Position numbers and translations under genes: made by a program
Notes under the pieces: model-generated
What the model was told of the DNA's origin: nothing
Databases searched by the model: none
The model's input: the letters and a program-made list of their open reading frames with translations, nothing else
Shown here: positions 1-11,818 of the stretch, in pieces
Position numbering within the stretch: the stretch's first letter is position 1
Layout of the letters: each line of letters opens with the position of its first letter
Virus record (IMG/VR): IMGVR_UViG_3300028591_000109
Span: 64,001-128,000 of that record
From: a virus
Lineage: Duplodnaviria; Caudoviricetes
Reading direction: 5' to 3' (one strand)
Length of the DNA: 64,000 nucleotides

Positions 1-5
1 AGGGC

Positions 6-3000
6 ATGAACGCAGCCGCTGATGCCGTGGAAGGGATGCTGGGACGCAGTGTGTCGATGCAGGACGTGATGAAACAATTGAATCAACAGGGAGCTCGTGC
101 GGGCATCGTGTTCGGTCTGCTGTCGCAGAACGTGGACACGCTGGAGAAGCAGTTGAAGATTGCTACCGATGCCTACCGTGACAACACTGCCCTGATGGCG
201 GAGTATAACAAGATGAACGACACGACCGCCGCCAAGTGGGAGCGACTGAAAAACCAGCTGGAGGAAGCGTTCGTTTCCGATTCCATACAGCGTGGACTGG
301 GCTCCCTTATTGACATGCTGCGCGGACTGGTGGACTTCATCACCGGCAATGTAACAGGTGTGCTCCAAAGCTTGCGCACTGCATTCCTTATGCTTGCAGC
401 CGCTGCGACGGTCTATAGGATAGAGCTTGGCAAGATGATTTTCGTGGAAAGTCTGTCGGGCCTTAGCAATCTTAAAAAGGCTCTCGTAGGCGTAAAGGAC
501 ACTATTCTGCTGACGGCTATGTACACCAAGGACTACATAGCACTGAAATGGAAACTCATCTTCGCGCATGGCGCTGAAGAGAAAGCGGCCATCAAGGCAA
601 AGATAGCTACGCTGGGACTGAACAAGGCACTGACTGCTAACGTATGGATGGCGGTCGTTGCAGCCATAGGGATGCTGTTGCTGAAGCTGTACCAATTTAA
701 CAAGGCTGCCAAGGAGGCTGCCGCAGAGACAGGACGTTTCAATCAGCAGATAGCCGACGAGCAGAAAGCCCTTAACAAGTTGTTTGAGCCGCTGAACAGG
801 TCGAACATGGCACAGGAAGAGCGACTGAAGCTCATCAACGAAATCAACTCGAAGTACGGCAAGTACCTGGGTTATATGCTCAGTGAGACATCTTCGGCCA
901 TTGCACTGGCCGACGCCCACGCCCTGATAGCCAAGCGCATCAGGGAGGAAGCCTACGAGAAGCGTATAGCCGAGAAGGAGGCGAAGATACAGGATGAGCA
1001 CAGCGAGGACGTGAACGCAGCCTACACCAAGATAACGGAGCGTGTACGTGGCAGCGTCAGGGGCGGTGCCAGCGCACAGGAGATTGCCGACGTGCTGAAA
1101 GGCATCGTTGACAACCGACTGGGCAGCATCAAGTATGCCTACGACGATTCGGACAATATCTTCAAAGCCCGTACCAACTACTACCTTGATCCAAAGATTA
1201 AGCAGGCCATCGACGGCGGCATCGAGCGGCTGATTGTTGACGGCAAACTGTCGCGTGACAACGTGACGCTGATTCAGAAGGCAGTATATAAATATACGGT
1301 AGAAGCCCACAGCCAGCACAAGGATATCATGAACCAGACATCGAACCTACGCTCTGACCTTCGCGGTGTGCAGAGTGCCATCAAGGTTGACCTGGCCAAC
1401 AACCTGAATACACTTGTCAGCAGGGTAGCCAGTTCGGTAGGCAATGCTGTGAGGAATATCCGCCAGCAGCAACAGCCACAGCAGAACGTGCCGCTGATGC
1501 TGCAGCAGCCACAGGGACAGGGTAGCAGACTGCCAAGTCTGTTTGGTGGAGGTCAGCAGGGCGGATGGCAGGCACCGTGGCAACAGGGCCGCGAGACTAC
1601 ACCGCAGCAGCAGGCGGCTCCGAAGGGATGGAAGCCTAATATAGACAAAAAGGACACAGAGGCGGTTCGCCAGTTCGTGCAAGACCAGGAGGCACTGCGC
1701 AGCGCACTGAATGCCAGCGGCAATCAGATAGACGAAGCACAGCGCAGGGTGGCTGAGTCGTGGCTGCTGACGGATGCCGAACTGAAGGAATACAAGAAGA
1801 TCGTGGAGAAGGCCGACCGTGGCCCCGGCGGCAGCAACCACAACCCTTACGGCGACTACAACAAAGTGACCTCGCCCTACAAGGAGTGGAACGGCAACGA
1901 CCTGGTGGCCCGCCGCAAGGAGATGCTGGAGCGCGTGAAGGCACTGGCCAACGGTGCCGACGTGCAGGCTGTGCTGTCGGAGGATGCCAAGTTTATCAGC
2001 GAGGCCGTGCGCAAGAACATCAAGACCACGGACCAGGCTATCGAGTGGTATAACACCGAGCGCCTGAAGATACAGGATGCGCTGCACGCCAAGCACCTGA
2101 CAAACACCGGCGACTGGATGGACCCGGAGAAGGTGAGGAAGCGTGTGGGCCGCGTGGTAAATGACGAGATGAAATACTATCTGGACGAACTGGACGCCTA
2201 CTACACCGAGCGGAAGGCGAAGATTCAGGAGGCACAGAACGACCAGGAGATAAGCGAGGCAGAGGCACGCAACCGCACGCTGGCCAACGATGCCGAGTGG
2301 CAGCAGCGTCGCGCCGAACTGCAACTGCTGTACTCGAAGCGTCGCGGCGAGGTGGTACAGCAGGAACAGGACGAAATCTTCCGCATCATATCGGAGCGCA
2401 CGGGCGAGACCACCGCCTACATCAAGGCCGACATCGCACAGACAAACCATCTCATCGAGGAGACAGGCAAGAAGAACAAGGCCGCCATGGACCGCATCTA
2501 CGGCGACATAGAACTGGGTGCCGAAAGGAGTTTCCTGCGCCAGCGCAACGCCATCGGGCAGCACATGAAGGACATCACGGCCATCGTGAACAAGGAGAAC
2601 CCCTACGCGGGCATCGCCGAGGAACTGCGCAAGAACCTGGGTACGATGGACGCGCTGCTGACCGACATCGAGAAGGAGGAGGAGCGCACCATGGAGAAGG
2701 AGATAGAGCGCACGATGTTCATCCTGGAGCAGTCGACCAAGGGCTACAGCCTGACGTGGGAGCAGCTGATGGGCGAGATGGCAAAGCGCGGCTGGCAGGC
2801 GTGGGCCGACGCCATCGACGGCGACTCGCAGACGCAGCAGCGGCTGATGCACCAGGTGTACCGCGTGTTCGAGAAGGTGCAGGATGCCATCAAGAAGGAA
2901 GCGTCGGAACTGAAGAAGCAGGCTGACATCATGTGGAGCAACATACTGCTGCCCGGCGGCGACGGCAAGACCACCATCAAGGATGCCTTCGAGCAGGCCA

Positions 3001-5153
3001 TCGGTGCGCTGGGCATCCAGGAGGGGCGCGTGAGCAGAGCCAACTCGCTCATCGGTGCAGGAGTAGCCAGCGAGCGCGTCGCCGATAAGCTCGCCATCCA
3101 GCAGCTGAAGGTGCAACTGGCCATGCAGCAGTATCAGTACAGTCTGGTGCATAAGATAGGTAAGGAGAAGATAGATATGCTGCGACGCGAGGCGGAGATG
3201 GAGTCGGACGCGGAGAAAGCCCGTCAGCTGAGGATGCAGGCACAGAACGCCGAAATGGCGCTGAACCTTGCCACCCGCAAGGAGCAGACCGACGAACTGA
3301 AACTGCAGGAAGATATCATCGCCAAGACGGAAGAGTCTGAGGCACGGCTCTATAAGGAGTTGCGCGAGTGGGCCGACCTGCTGACGAGCAGTTTGCAGGG
3401 CGTGATGGAGGCGAGCCATGCCGGCGATGCGGAATACTACAACGAGCTGGCGAAGCTGAACTTGACCGGCAAAGGCGGGCCAGGCGCAGGCACCTACATC
3501 GTCATTGACGATGCAGGCACCAGCGACGCCACCGCGCACTACGAATACCTCGACGAGCGGCAGGCCCTGGAGCGCGAGCACGAGATAGAGCAGCAGAACG
3601 CCCAGGCCGAGGCATGGAAGAAGGTGATGGATGACATCAACATGAAACTCAGCGAGACCATCACCGACCAGATCAATGCCATGCTGCAGAACCAGAGCAT
3701 TGATGCGAATACACAAGCGGTGCTTGCCAACACGCAAGCCATCTATGCGTCGATGGGGCAGAGTGCAGGTACAGGCGAGGGAATCACCCGCAATGCAGAG
3801 GGTTTCGCCGTTGACGAGAGCGGACAGGTGATATCGCCTATACAGCCGACGGAACCGACAAGTCAGCCGGAAGCCGAGACTCCAGCATGGAAGCCTTTCT
3901 GGCAGATGACGGACGAGGAGAAGGCCAAGAATCAGGAGAACATGACCGAGATGTTCGGCATGTACAGAGACCTTAGCGTGCAGACCGAGACGGAGAAAGC
4001 GGAATTGCTGGCCGAGGTGCCGGGATATACGCCTCCTGCCATCAGCATGACCGATGAGCAGATAGAGTCGGTAGGCGAGAAACTGGAAGCTCTCAACCAA
4101 AAGGAGATAGATGCAAGCAAGAAGAAGACGCAGGCTATTCTGGCCGACCAACAGGCGATAAAGCAGGGCGAGTTGCAGACCGACAAGACGATGACGCAAT
4201 CATCGAAGAACATGTACGCAGCCATGATGTCGGCTGCCAACCTCTACGGCGTGGCTTATCAGGCCATGACCAACGATAACTTGAGCGCTGAGCAGAAGTT
4301 CCAGATGATTGCCCTGCAGGCGGCAGGACAGTCGGCCATCGCAATGATGCAGACTAACATGTTCAAGTCCGAGACGGGCGCCCTCGTAGCACTGCCGCAA
4401 ATCCTTGCCGAGTGCTTGGAAATCAACCCGATTGCCGGTGCCGCCATCTTCGCCGTGCTGAGTGCCCTGCTGGGCGTGGCCATCGGAGCAGCCACCAGCA
4501 AGCTGGCCAAGGGTAAGTCGGAGGTGGCGCAAGTCACAGGTGCCAGCGCATCCGCTGGTCGCCTCTCGACGGGTATGCTGACCTACGCCGAAGGTAACGT
4601 GAACGAGTTTACTGACCCGGCATCGCTGACGCCGGGCCGACAGTACAACGTGGACGGGGCGGACGGCAAGACCTACCGCGCCCGGTACATGGGCAAGGGA
4701 GCCAAGACCCACATCACCAACGGGCCGGAGTTTCACCTCGTGGGCGAGGCAGGCCGCGAGGCCATCATCGACGCGAAGACCACCCGCCTGCTGCAGATGA
4801 ACGAGACCGGCATCTGGCGCGACATACAGACGCTCTACAACGGCGGCAGCATCGCGGGGCTGAGCACCCGCCGCCGTCGCGGCACTGGCGTGGCCGCTTT
4901 CGCGGATGGCAACGTCGGGGAGTTCGAGGAGATGGCTGATGGCGGAGGGCTGACGGCTGATGGAACGGGCGGCATGAACGCCGACGTGATGACCTCAATG
5001 CTGGAAACCAACAGCCGACTGGCCGACCTCTTGGAGAACGCCCTTGCGAACGGCATCAAGGCCGTAAACAAATGGACGGGCAGCGACGGCATCCCTGCGA
5101 TGTATAACAAGATGCAGAAGGAGGCGCAAAGGCACGGTGAGAAATACCTGTAG
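6..5153 (+). CDS. Phage tail tape measure protein (5'-truncated by window edge)
   Basis: 1715+ aa, Ala/Glu/Gln/Lys-rich helical protein with hydrophobic stretches and a C-terminal LVGEAGREAIID motif typical of TMP ends; virion gene context. Confidence 0.85.
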   Translation: MNAAADAVEGMLGRSVSMQDVMKQLNQQGARAGIVFGLLSQNVDTLEKQLKIATDAYRDNTALMAEYNKMNDTTAAKWERLKNQLEEAFVSDSIQRGLGSLIDMLRGLVDFITGNVTGVLQSLRTAFLMLAAAATVYRIELGKMIFVESLSGLSNLKKALVGVKDTILLTAMYTKDYIALKWKLIFAHGAEEKAAIKAKIATLGLNKALTANVWMAVVAAIGMLLLKLYQFNKAAKEAAAETGRFNQQIADEQKALNKLFEPLNRSNMAQEERLKLINEINSKYGKYLGYMLSETSSAIALADAHALIAKRIREEAYEKRIAEKEAKIQDEHSEDVNAAYTKITERVRGSVRGGASAQEIADVLKGIVDNRLGSIKYAYDDSDNIFKARTNYYLDPKIKQAIDGGIERLIVDGKLSRDNVTLIQKAVYKYTVEAHSQHKDIMNQTSNLRSDLRGVQSAIKVDLANNLNTLVSRVASSVGNAVRNIRQQQQPQQNVPLMLQQPQGQGSRLPSLFGGGQQGGWQAPWQQGRETTPQQQAAPKGWKPNIDKKDTEAVRQFVQDQEALRSALNASGNQIDEAQRRVAESWLLTDAELKEYKKIVEKADRGPGGSNHNPYGDYNKVTSPYKEWNGNDLVARRKEMLERVKALANGADVQAVLSEDAKFISEAVRKNIKTTDQAIEWYNTERLKIQDALHAKHLTNTGDWMDPEKVRKRVGRVVNDEMKYYLDELDAYYTERKAKIQEAQNDQEISEAEARNRTLANDAEWQQRRAELQLLYSKRRGEVVQQEQDEIFRIISERTGETTAYIKADIAQTNHLIEETGKKNKAAMDRIYGDIELGAERSFLRQRNAIGQHMKDITAIVNKENPYAGIAEELRKNLGTMDALLTDIEKEEERTMEKEIERTMFILEQSTKGYSLTWEQLMGEMAKRGWQAWADAIDGDSQTQQRLMHQVYRVFEKVQDAIKKEASELKKQADIMWSNILLPGGDGKTTIKDAFEQAIGALGIQEGRVSRANSLIGAGVASERVADKLAIQQLKVQLAMQQYQYSLVHKIGKEKIDMLRREAEMESDAEKARQLRMQAQNAEMALNLATRKEQTDELKLQEDIIAKTEESEARLYKELREWADLLTSSLQGVMEASHAGDAEYYNELAKLNLTGKGGPGAGTYIVIDDAGTSDATAHYEYLDERQALEREHEIEQQNAQAEAWKKVMDDINMKLSETITDQINAMLQNQSIDANTQAVLANTQAIYASMGQSAGTGEGITRNAEGFAVDESGQVISPIQPTEPTSQPEAETPAWKPFWQMTDEEKAKNQENMTEMFGMYRDLSVQTETEKAELLAEVPGYTPPAISMTDEQIESVGEKLEALNQKEIDASKKKTQAILADQQAIKQGELQTDKTMTQSSKNMYAAMMSAANLYGVAYQAMTNDNLSAEQKFQMIALQAAGQSAIAMMQTNMFKSETGALVALPQILAECLEINPIAGAAIFAVLSALLGVAIGAATSKLAKGKSEVAQVTGASASAGRLSTGMLTYAEGNVNEFTDPASLTPGRQYNVDGADGKTYRARYMGKGAKTHITNGPEFHLVGEAGREAIIDAKTTRLLQMNETGIWRDIQTLYNGGSIAGLSTRRRRGTGVAAFADGNVGEFEEMADGGGLTADGTGGMNADVMTSMLETNSRLADLLENALANGIKAVNKWTGSDGIPAMYNKMQKEAQRHGEKYL

Positions 5154-5156
5154 TCC

Positions 5157-5185
5157 ATTGAACATTGAATATTGAACATTGAAAA
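5157..5185. repeat. Heptamer tandem repeat (CATTGAA)n
   Basis: cattgaa cattgaa tattgaa cattgaa; reverse-complement copy at 62305-62336. Confidence 0.85.
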
Positions 5186-5194
5186 TTAACGGGT

Positions 5195-5387
5195 CGCTTC
5201 GCTTGGATAATTTGAAATCAATTTGAACAATTTCCCGCGAAGCGGCCTTCTCTTAATTTCTCGCGAAGCGATACTTGACAAGGATGGCCTGACGGCCAGT
5301 AATCGAGGTTCATCCTCGCTTCGCTCGTCGAAGAAATTAGAGACTACAGCCTGACGGCTGGAAATTTCTCAAATTAAATTCAAATTT
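5195..5387. repeat. Cluster of AATTTC-hairpin elements without an adjacent nuclease gene
   Basis: Copies at 5229-5245, 5255-5271 and 5347-5366; shares ATAATTTGAA...AATTTGAACAATTTCC and GAAATTAGAGACT with the elements at 44.9 and 45.9 kb. Confidence 0.8.
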
Positions 5388-5401
5388 ACCATCTCTTGCA
5401 C

Positions 5402-5435
5402 TGCCCTTGATTTCCAAACCTTTTCGCACGATATT
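5402..5435 (+). promoter_or_regulatory. Phage-specific promoter-like motif TGCCCTTGA-N20-ATATT (1 of 9)
   Basis: Exact 20-nt spacer; 20 nt upstream of the ATG at 5456. Confidence 0.75.
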
Positions 5436-5455
5436 GCGGGAAAACAACGACGACT

Positions 5456-6736
5456 ATGTTAGTAACGACACAGAACGAGATTCAGAGCCTGATGCCTACG
5501 GCCCGGTGGGACAAGCCGCAGGTACTGTTCGGCTACTTAGAGGAAGAGGAAGCGGTGGCATTAGAGCCGCTGCTGGGGGCTTCGCTCTATCAGCATGTGC
5601 TGACGGAGTACGACCGGCTACGGCAGGAGTACATCGACATCACGGCTACCACCGTGCGGCCTACGGGCAAGGCCAAGCAGGACCCGCGTTTGGCGCATGC
5701 CGACGTGACGGAACGGCTGGAGCAGGTGGCGCAGGGAAAATACCGCGAGACCTACACCACGCCGGAGGAGGGCGAGAAGGAGGTGCCAGCCGCCGATATG
5801 AAGACCATCCAACTGATACGCATCTGCCAGCGCATCGAGTGGTACAGGATGCTGGCCAACAAGGCCGGACTGCTGACTATCTCGTTCAACGAGGGCGGCG
5901 GCATGAACATATCCGTAGGCGAGAGCTACGACGCTGCCGACGAGAAGGCGAAAGATCGCGCTGTGAAGGACGCGTTGGGCGGAGCCGGACGTGCCATCGA
6001 CTCGCTACTGCTGTTCCTCGAAGCCGACGCAAAGGGGGAGAAGCTGTTTACCGAGATGTGGCAGGAAGCTGATGCCTTCTACCTGAACAAAGACCTGCTG
6101 TTCCAGACGGCGACAGTGCTCGACAAGTTCCTTGACATCAAGAATCAGCGCATGGCGTATGTCTCGCTGGTGAGAGACATCCGCTTCTGTCAGAATACTT
6201 ACCTGAAGCCGAGGATTGGGGCGAAGTTGCTGAAGGCCGTGGTGGCCTTTGCCAACGACGGGGAGGCTGCGATACTATCGCAGCAAACGGGACAGGACGG
6301 CGAGGGGGCGACGGCGGGGAGCGCTGAGCATTTCGAGGAACTGCTCGAATTGCTCCGCATCGCACTGGCCTTCTATGTCGAGAGCCGACGGACGACCATC
6401 ACGCGGACAAGTCTGACGGTGAGCACGTCGGCGAGGGGCACGGGAAGCAGCATCGAGAAGGAGGAGCGGCTGGCACGGCGCGACTCTATGACCGACGCGC
6501 AACAGGCAATGGCGATGGCATGCGACTATATCGCCGAGAACCTGGAGGCGCTGGGCGACGCGGCGGTGGGTACACCTATATATAATATCGCGCGCGAGAG
6601 GGAAGCGCAGGCGGAGCGCGAGCGGCAGTGCGCCTGTGCGGCAGAGGCGCGGCGCAGGAAGGCGGCATGCGAGCAGAGCCGCAAGCGGCTGTTCACCGCT
6701 TTCCCGGCGACGCACCGGACACCGGAGATAAAATAA
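5456..6736 (+). CDS. Virion morphogenesis protein, possibly head-tail connector-like
   Basis: 426 aa, ACGACTATG leader, two repeated LG..LY/IG..LL helical units, position before protease and capsid genes. Confidence 0.55.
   Translation: MLVTTQNEIQSLMPTARWDKPQVLFGYLEEEEAVALEPLLGASLYQHVLTEYDRLRQEYIDITATTVRPTGKAKQDPRLAHADVTERLEQVAQGKYRETYTTPEEGEKEVPAADMKTIQLIRICQRIEWYRMLANKAGLLTISFNEGGGMNISVGESYDAADEKAKDRAVKDALGGAGRAIDSLLLFLEADAKGEKLFTEMWQEADAFYLNKDLLFQTATVLDKFLDIKNQRMAYVSLVRDIRFCQNTYLKPRIGAKLLKAVVAFANDGEAAILSQQTGQDGEGATAGSAEHFEELLELLRIALAFYVESRRTTITRTSLTVSTSARGTGSSIEKEERLARRDSMTDAQQAMAMACDYIAENLEALGDAAVGTPIYNIAREREAQAERERQCACAAEARRRKAACEQSRKRLFTAFPATHRTPEIK
6263..6300. repeat. REP-like palindrome inserted in frame in a CDS
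   Basis: gaggctgcgatactatcgcagcaaacgggacaggacgg; 36/38 identical to the reverse complement of 57703-57740. Confidence 0.85.
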
Positions 6737-6766
6737 GAACAACGGATTAAACGGATTGCACGGATT

Positions 6767-6952
6767 ATGACTACAGCACTCTTACTCTCCATCCATACAA
6801 ACGACATCGTGGGAGCAATCTTCACTGTCGTGTGGCTGCTGCTCTTAGTGATTGTGTCGCTCGTTGACTACGGCTTTAAGCACGGATGGTTCATACCGAG
6901 CGACGAAACTGTGGAAGAGTACAGGAAAAACTGTCGCAAAACTTGCCCTTGA
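6767..6952 (+). CDS. Small membrane protein
   Basis: 61 aa with one strong TM segment; preceded by (ACGGATTnn)x3 repeat at 6741-6766. Confidence 0.5.
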   Translation: MTTALLLSIHTNDIVGAIFTVVWLLLLVIVSLVDYGFKHGWFIPSDETVEEYRKNCRKTCP

Positions 6953-6977
6953 TTATCAGAGCGCTTGCCATTATAAT
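6944..6977 (+). promoter_or_regulatory. Promoter-like motif TGCCCTTGA-N20-ATAAT (2 of 9)
   Basis: Upstream of the protease gene ATG at 7011. Confidence 0.75.
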
Positions 6978-7010
6978 GCAACACAGAAACAATTAACAAC
7001 ACAAACGATT

Positions 7011-8741
<1,731 letters not shown>

Positions 8742-8753
8742 CTCGCGCTGGAT

Positions 8754-8783
8754 GGCTGCGATAATATCGCAGCATACGGAACA
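8754..8783. repeat. REP-like palindrome family GCTGC-N3-loop-N3-GCAGCATAC (intergenic copy)
   Basis: Other copies at 6265, 10377, 12807, 13264, 14365, 17656, 22109 and 57709(-). Confidence 0.85.
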
Positions 8784-8793
8784 AGCGGCGGAC

Positions 8794-8827
8794 TGCCCTT
8801 GACCGCGACGCGGTAGCGCATTATCAT
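8794..8827 (+). promoter_or_regulatory. Promoter-like motif TGCCCTTGA-N20-ATCAT (3 of 9)
   Basis: Upstream of the major capsid gene. Confidence 0.75.
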
Positions 8828-8887
8828 AACAACACAGAAACAGTAAACAATAGTAATAACCCCTCAATCAACACAAACACAAACATT

Positions 8888-10297
8888 ATGGCTTACGCAT
8901 TATCTGTAGCACAGATCAACTCCGTAAAGGAAGTGATCCATCCTGAGCTTATAGCGCACACCTATCTGCTCACCGACAGCATGTTCAGTGACCTGGGTAT
9001 GATGGTGACTACGGATGTCGAGAACATCGACACCTGTTACCTTTTCAGCCGTAAGGGCCTGCAGGCTCGTCCGTATTTTGTCGGCAATGTGAAAGACAGC
9101 GAGCTTGGTAAGTTCGTTGACAATCCTGCCAAGGTTGAACCTATCTACCTCCACACCAGCGACTCCATTGAGCGATACAAGGAGAAGGGCCCGTTCGACG
9201 CAACCAACGTTGCTGAGAACACTGAGCACACTCAGTTCCTCCTGAACACGCTCTCTGGCAACCTCGCCGAGGACATCCGCGCCAACATTCCTTTCGGAAA
9301 CATGGCCTTCCGCAAGCTGGAGGAAACTCCCGAGAATGCCGTTAAGAAGGGCCTGAGCCTGTTCAACGGTTTCTACACCATCATCGCCATGCGCCGTACC
9401 GACGGTACCATCAGCGAGAAGAACGGCAACCTGATTCCGACCGGCGACATCACCAATCTGGAACCCGACCAGGTTTACGACCTGGCTGTAAACTTCTACG
9501 ACAAGCTGTCGCCTGCCCTGAAGAAGCCCGAGGAGAAGCTCTACTTCATCGTCAGCCCCGAGTTCGGTCGCAAGATGATAAAGGGCTACATGCTGACCTT
9601 CAACCAGCTCGCTCCCACCGTGCTGCAGGCTGGATGGAAGTTCGCCGAGATGCCTAACCTGGTGATTGCCACCAGCGCCGCCCTCGGATCCGGAGGCCAG
9701 ATCATCGCAACGCTTGAAAAGAACATTGAGTTCTTGTGCGACAAGCGCGAGGACCAAGCTCTCATCTCCATCGGCCAGGTGAACAAGGACCTGCGCGTCT
9801 TTGACTTCCAGGCTAACGTCCGCGCCACCGTCCGCATCCGCGACTTCGACCCGCAGGTGTTCGCCGTCAACGACGTGCAGAACGTGGCTCCCAAGATGCC
9901 TGCCGGCGAGTACCTCACCGAGATCTTCACCGCAGTCAGCGAGAACGAGAAGATGGGTACCGTGCAGGTGATGACCGAGAAGGAGCTCTTCCAGGCAGGC
10001 GACCTGATTCAGGTGAAGGCCACGCCGAAGCCGGGCTACATCTTCGTGAACTGGAGCGACGGCGGCACTTCTGAGACGTATAACTTCACCTTCCCCGGTG
10101 GCGTGTACGAGCTGAAGGCCAAGTTCATGTCGGCAACCGAGGCTGCTGAGGAGGAGGAGACTCCCACCTACACAGCCGTAACTAACCCCTCTGGCAACCC
10201 CGCTGAGAAGGGCTGGTATGAGAAGAACGGCGACGTGTACACCCTGACTGAGGACACCGAGGTAGAGTCTGGCAAGACCTACTACGTGAAGGGCTAA
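8888..10297 (+). CDS. Major capsid protein with C-terminal Ig-like (InlB-B/Flg_new-type) domain and 42-aa terminal module
   Basis: 469 aa after protease/scaffold; LSLFNGFYT motif; strongly biased codon usage; KATPKPGYIFVNWSDG repeat-domain motif. Confidence 0.75.
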   Translation: MAYALSVAQINSVKEVIHPELIAHTYLLTDSMFSDLGMMVTTDVENIDTCYLFSRKGLQARPYFVGNVKDSELGKFVDNPAKVEPIYLHTSDSIERYKEKGPFDATNVAENTEHTQFLLNTLSGNLAEDIRANIPFGNMAFRKLEETPENAVKKGLSLFNGFYTIIAMRRTDGTISEKNGNLIPTGDITNLEPDQVYDLAVNFYDKLSPALKKPEEKLYFIVSPEFGRKMIKGYMLTFNQLAPTVLQAGWKFAEMPNLVIATSAALGSGGQIIATLEKNIEFLCDKREDQALISIGQVNKDLRVFDFQANVRATVRIRDFDPQVFAVNDVQNVAPKMPAGEYLTEIFTAVSENEKMGTVQVMTEKELFQAGDLIQVKATPKPGYIFVNWSDGGTSETYNFTFPGGVYELKAKFMSATEAAEEEETPTYTAVTNPSGNPAEKGWYEKNGDVYTLTEDTEVESGKTYYVKG

Positions 10298-10444
10298 ACG
10301 CATCGGAGGTGCTGCGGCGGCGCGGGTAAGTAGTCATATCGCCGCCCGCGCTGCCGCCCTCTGATTCCCTCTTTATGGCTGCCGTGATACAGCAGCATAC
10401 TGAACAAGAAACAACCAACACAAACACAAAATTTTATAACGATT

Positions 10445-11008
10445 ATGGCATTATCATGTATTCCCAAGAGCGTTCTCAGCAGCACCAGCTGCCAGGAGAA
10501 CCCTTCAGGCGTGAGCAACCACATGTTTGTCGTGCCTCTGGCTAATGTCGGTTCTATCGTGGCTGACGACGCGAAGAACCAGTACAATATCACTCTGCCC
10601 ACTAATCAGGATGCCCTGCAGGGCTACCGCATCGACTACAAGTCGCAGACGGGTCAGGTGACGAGTGAGGACAACGGTACCGGCAAGGGCTGGACCGGAT
10701 CGACCACTGGTCGTGTGGAGATGAGTGAGGACGACATGGCCTTCACCGCTCGCGTGCTGCACAACTCGGACAAGAACCTCTACTTCGTTGCCACTGGCAA
10801 CAAGAAGGCAGGCACAACCGAGGGCACGTTCCTCGACGAGTATATCGTCATCGGCAACGAGAATGGCGAGGCCGAGATTCAGGTGACCTTCGATTCGGGC
10901 ACGGCACGCACCGACGATCATGGACAGACCTTTACGGTTTCCTGCGGTTACATGAAATATCCTGTAACCAAGTGGTACGGTGTCATCAACCAGGCCGATG
11001 CCGCATAA
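10445..11008 (+). CDS. Probable major tail (tube) protein
   Basis: 187 aa, beta/Thr/Gly-rich, C.ENPSG N-terminus, highly biased codons, followed by a terminator. Confidence 0.55.
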   Translation: MALSCIPKSVLSSTSCQENPSGVSNHMFVVPLANVGSIVADDAKNQYNITLPTNQDALQGYRIDYKSQTGQVTSEDNGTGKGWTGSTTGRVEMSEDDMAFTARVLHNSDKNLYFVATGNKKAGTTEGTFLDEYIVIGNENGEAEIQVTFDSGTARTDDHGQTFTVSCGYMKYPVTKWYGVINQADAA

Positions 11009-11040
11009 GCGTCACTGCCTGATTCTCTCACATGCAATGC

Positions 11041-11082
11041 AAGGCTCTGGCTCCTGAACGTGAGCCGGAGCCTTGTCTTTTT
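11041..11082 (+). terminator. Intrinsic terminator
   Basis: aaggctctggctc / gagccggagcctt stem followed by T-tract. Confidence 0.8.
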
Positions 11083-11114
11083 AGTTAAGAGCTAATAGTT
11101 AAGAATTAAGAGTT

Positions 11115-11816
11115 ATGGTTACGAAACTGATAGAACCTTGTTGCGCACAGAAACAACTGCGCGAGCTGCGCAACATACTGGAAAAGGAAGGTACGGCGCA
11201 GATGGAAGGCTATGGCGACCTGAGCCTGACGGAACTGCTGCCTGCCCTGCTTACACGCTACAGCAACGCGGAGATGCTGATAGCCACCCCGTCGCTGCCC
11301 GACCAGGCGGCAGAGATTATCGCCACATGGATGCGGAAACAGTGGGCACGCATGGACGGTTGCGGAAACGTGAACGTGATAGCCCGCCTGACCATCGTCA
11401 GCGACCTGTCGGAGGCGGCATCGCCCGATGCCTCGGCGTGGCTGAAAGACAATCCCTACGGAGAGCGGCTGGTGCTGCATGACATTCAGCAAGACGCGAC
11501 GGCGATACTGCTGCCAGACTTCGCCATCGAGGGACCTGTGAACATGCGCTACGGCAAGCACTTTATTGCCACGGCTTACGGCAAGCGCGAGGACGTGGAT
11601 GGGCTGTGGACGAAGTACAAGGGGATGGTGGAGAATGCACCCAAGGCAGAAGGCGGAAATATGCCTGAAACTGTAGAAACGGAGGAGAACGGTCAGCCCG
11701 CCGATGAAGCGGCGGGCTCTGTGGCTAAAGATACTGCTAAGACACTGCCCGTCGCACCGCCGATGGCGAGACGCGCAGATGGCGACTCTACTAAACGGAT
11801 GCGCTTCAGCCGATAG
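11115..11816 (+). CDS. Hypothetical protein
   Basis: 233-aa ORF with phage-like codon usage. Confidence 0.6.
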   Translation: MVTKLIEPCCAQKQLRELRNILEKEGTAQMEGYGDLSLTELLPALLTRYSNAEMLIATPSLPDQAAEIIATWMRKQWARMDGCGNVNVIARLTIVSDLSEAASPDASAWLKDNPYGERLVLHDIQQDATAILLPDFAIEGPVNMRYGKHFIATAYGKREDVDGLWTKYKGMVENAPKAEGGNMPETVETEENGQPADEAAGSVAKDTAKTLPVAPPMARRADGDSTKRMRFSR

Positions 11817-11818
11817 AC

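Noticed and set aside
1347-4199. 950-aa minus-strand ORF and other long antisense ORFs (8900-10303, 19560-20555, 62224-63966)
   Set aside because: Shadow frames of GC3-rich genes on the opposite strand; no motifs or leaders
5154-5400. tRNA or other known RNA gene in the hairpin-rich spacer
   Set aside because: No cloverleaf or T-loop consensus; explained by the AATTTC-hairpin family
6852-7010. N-terminal extensions given by the ORF track (also starts at 15912, 31648, 60897, 62313)
   Set aside because: They run through promoters or repeat elements; downstream ATGs have the typical leaders
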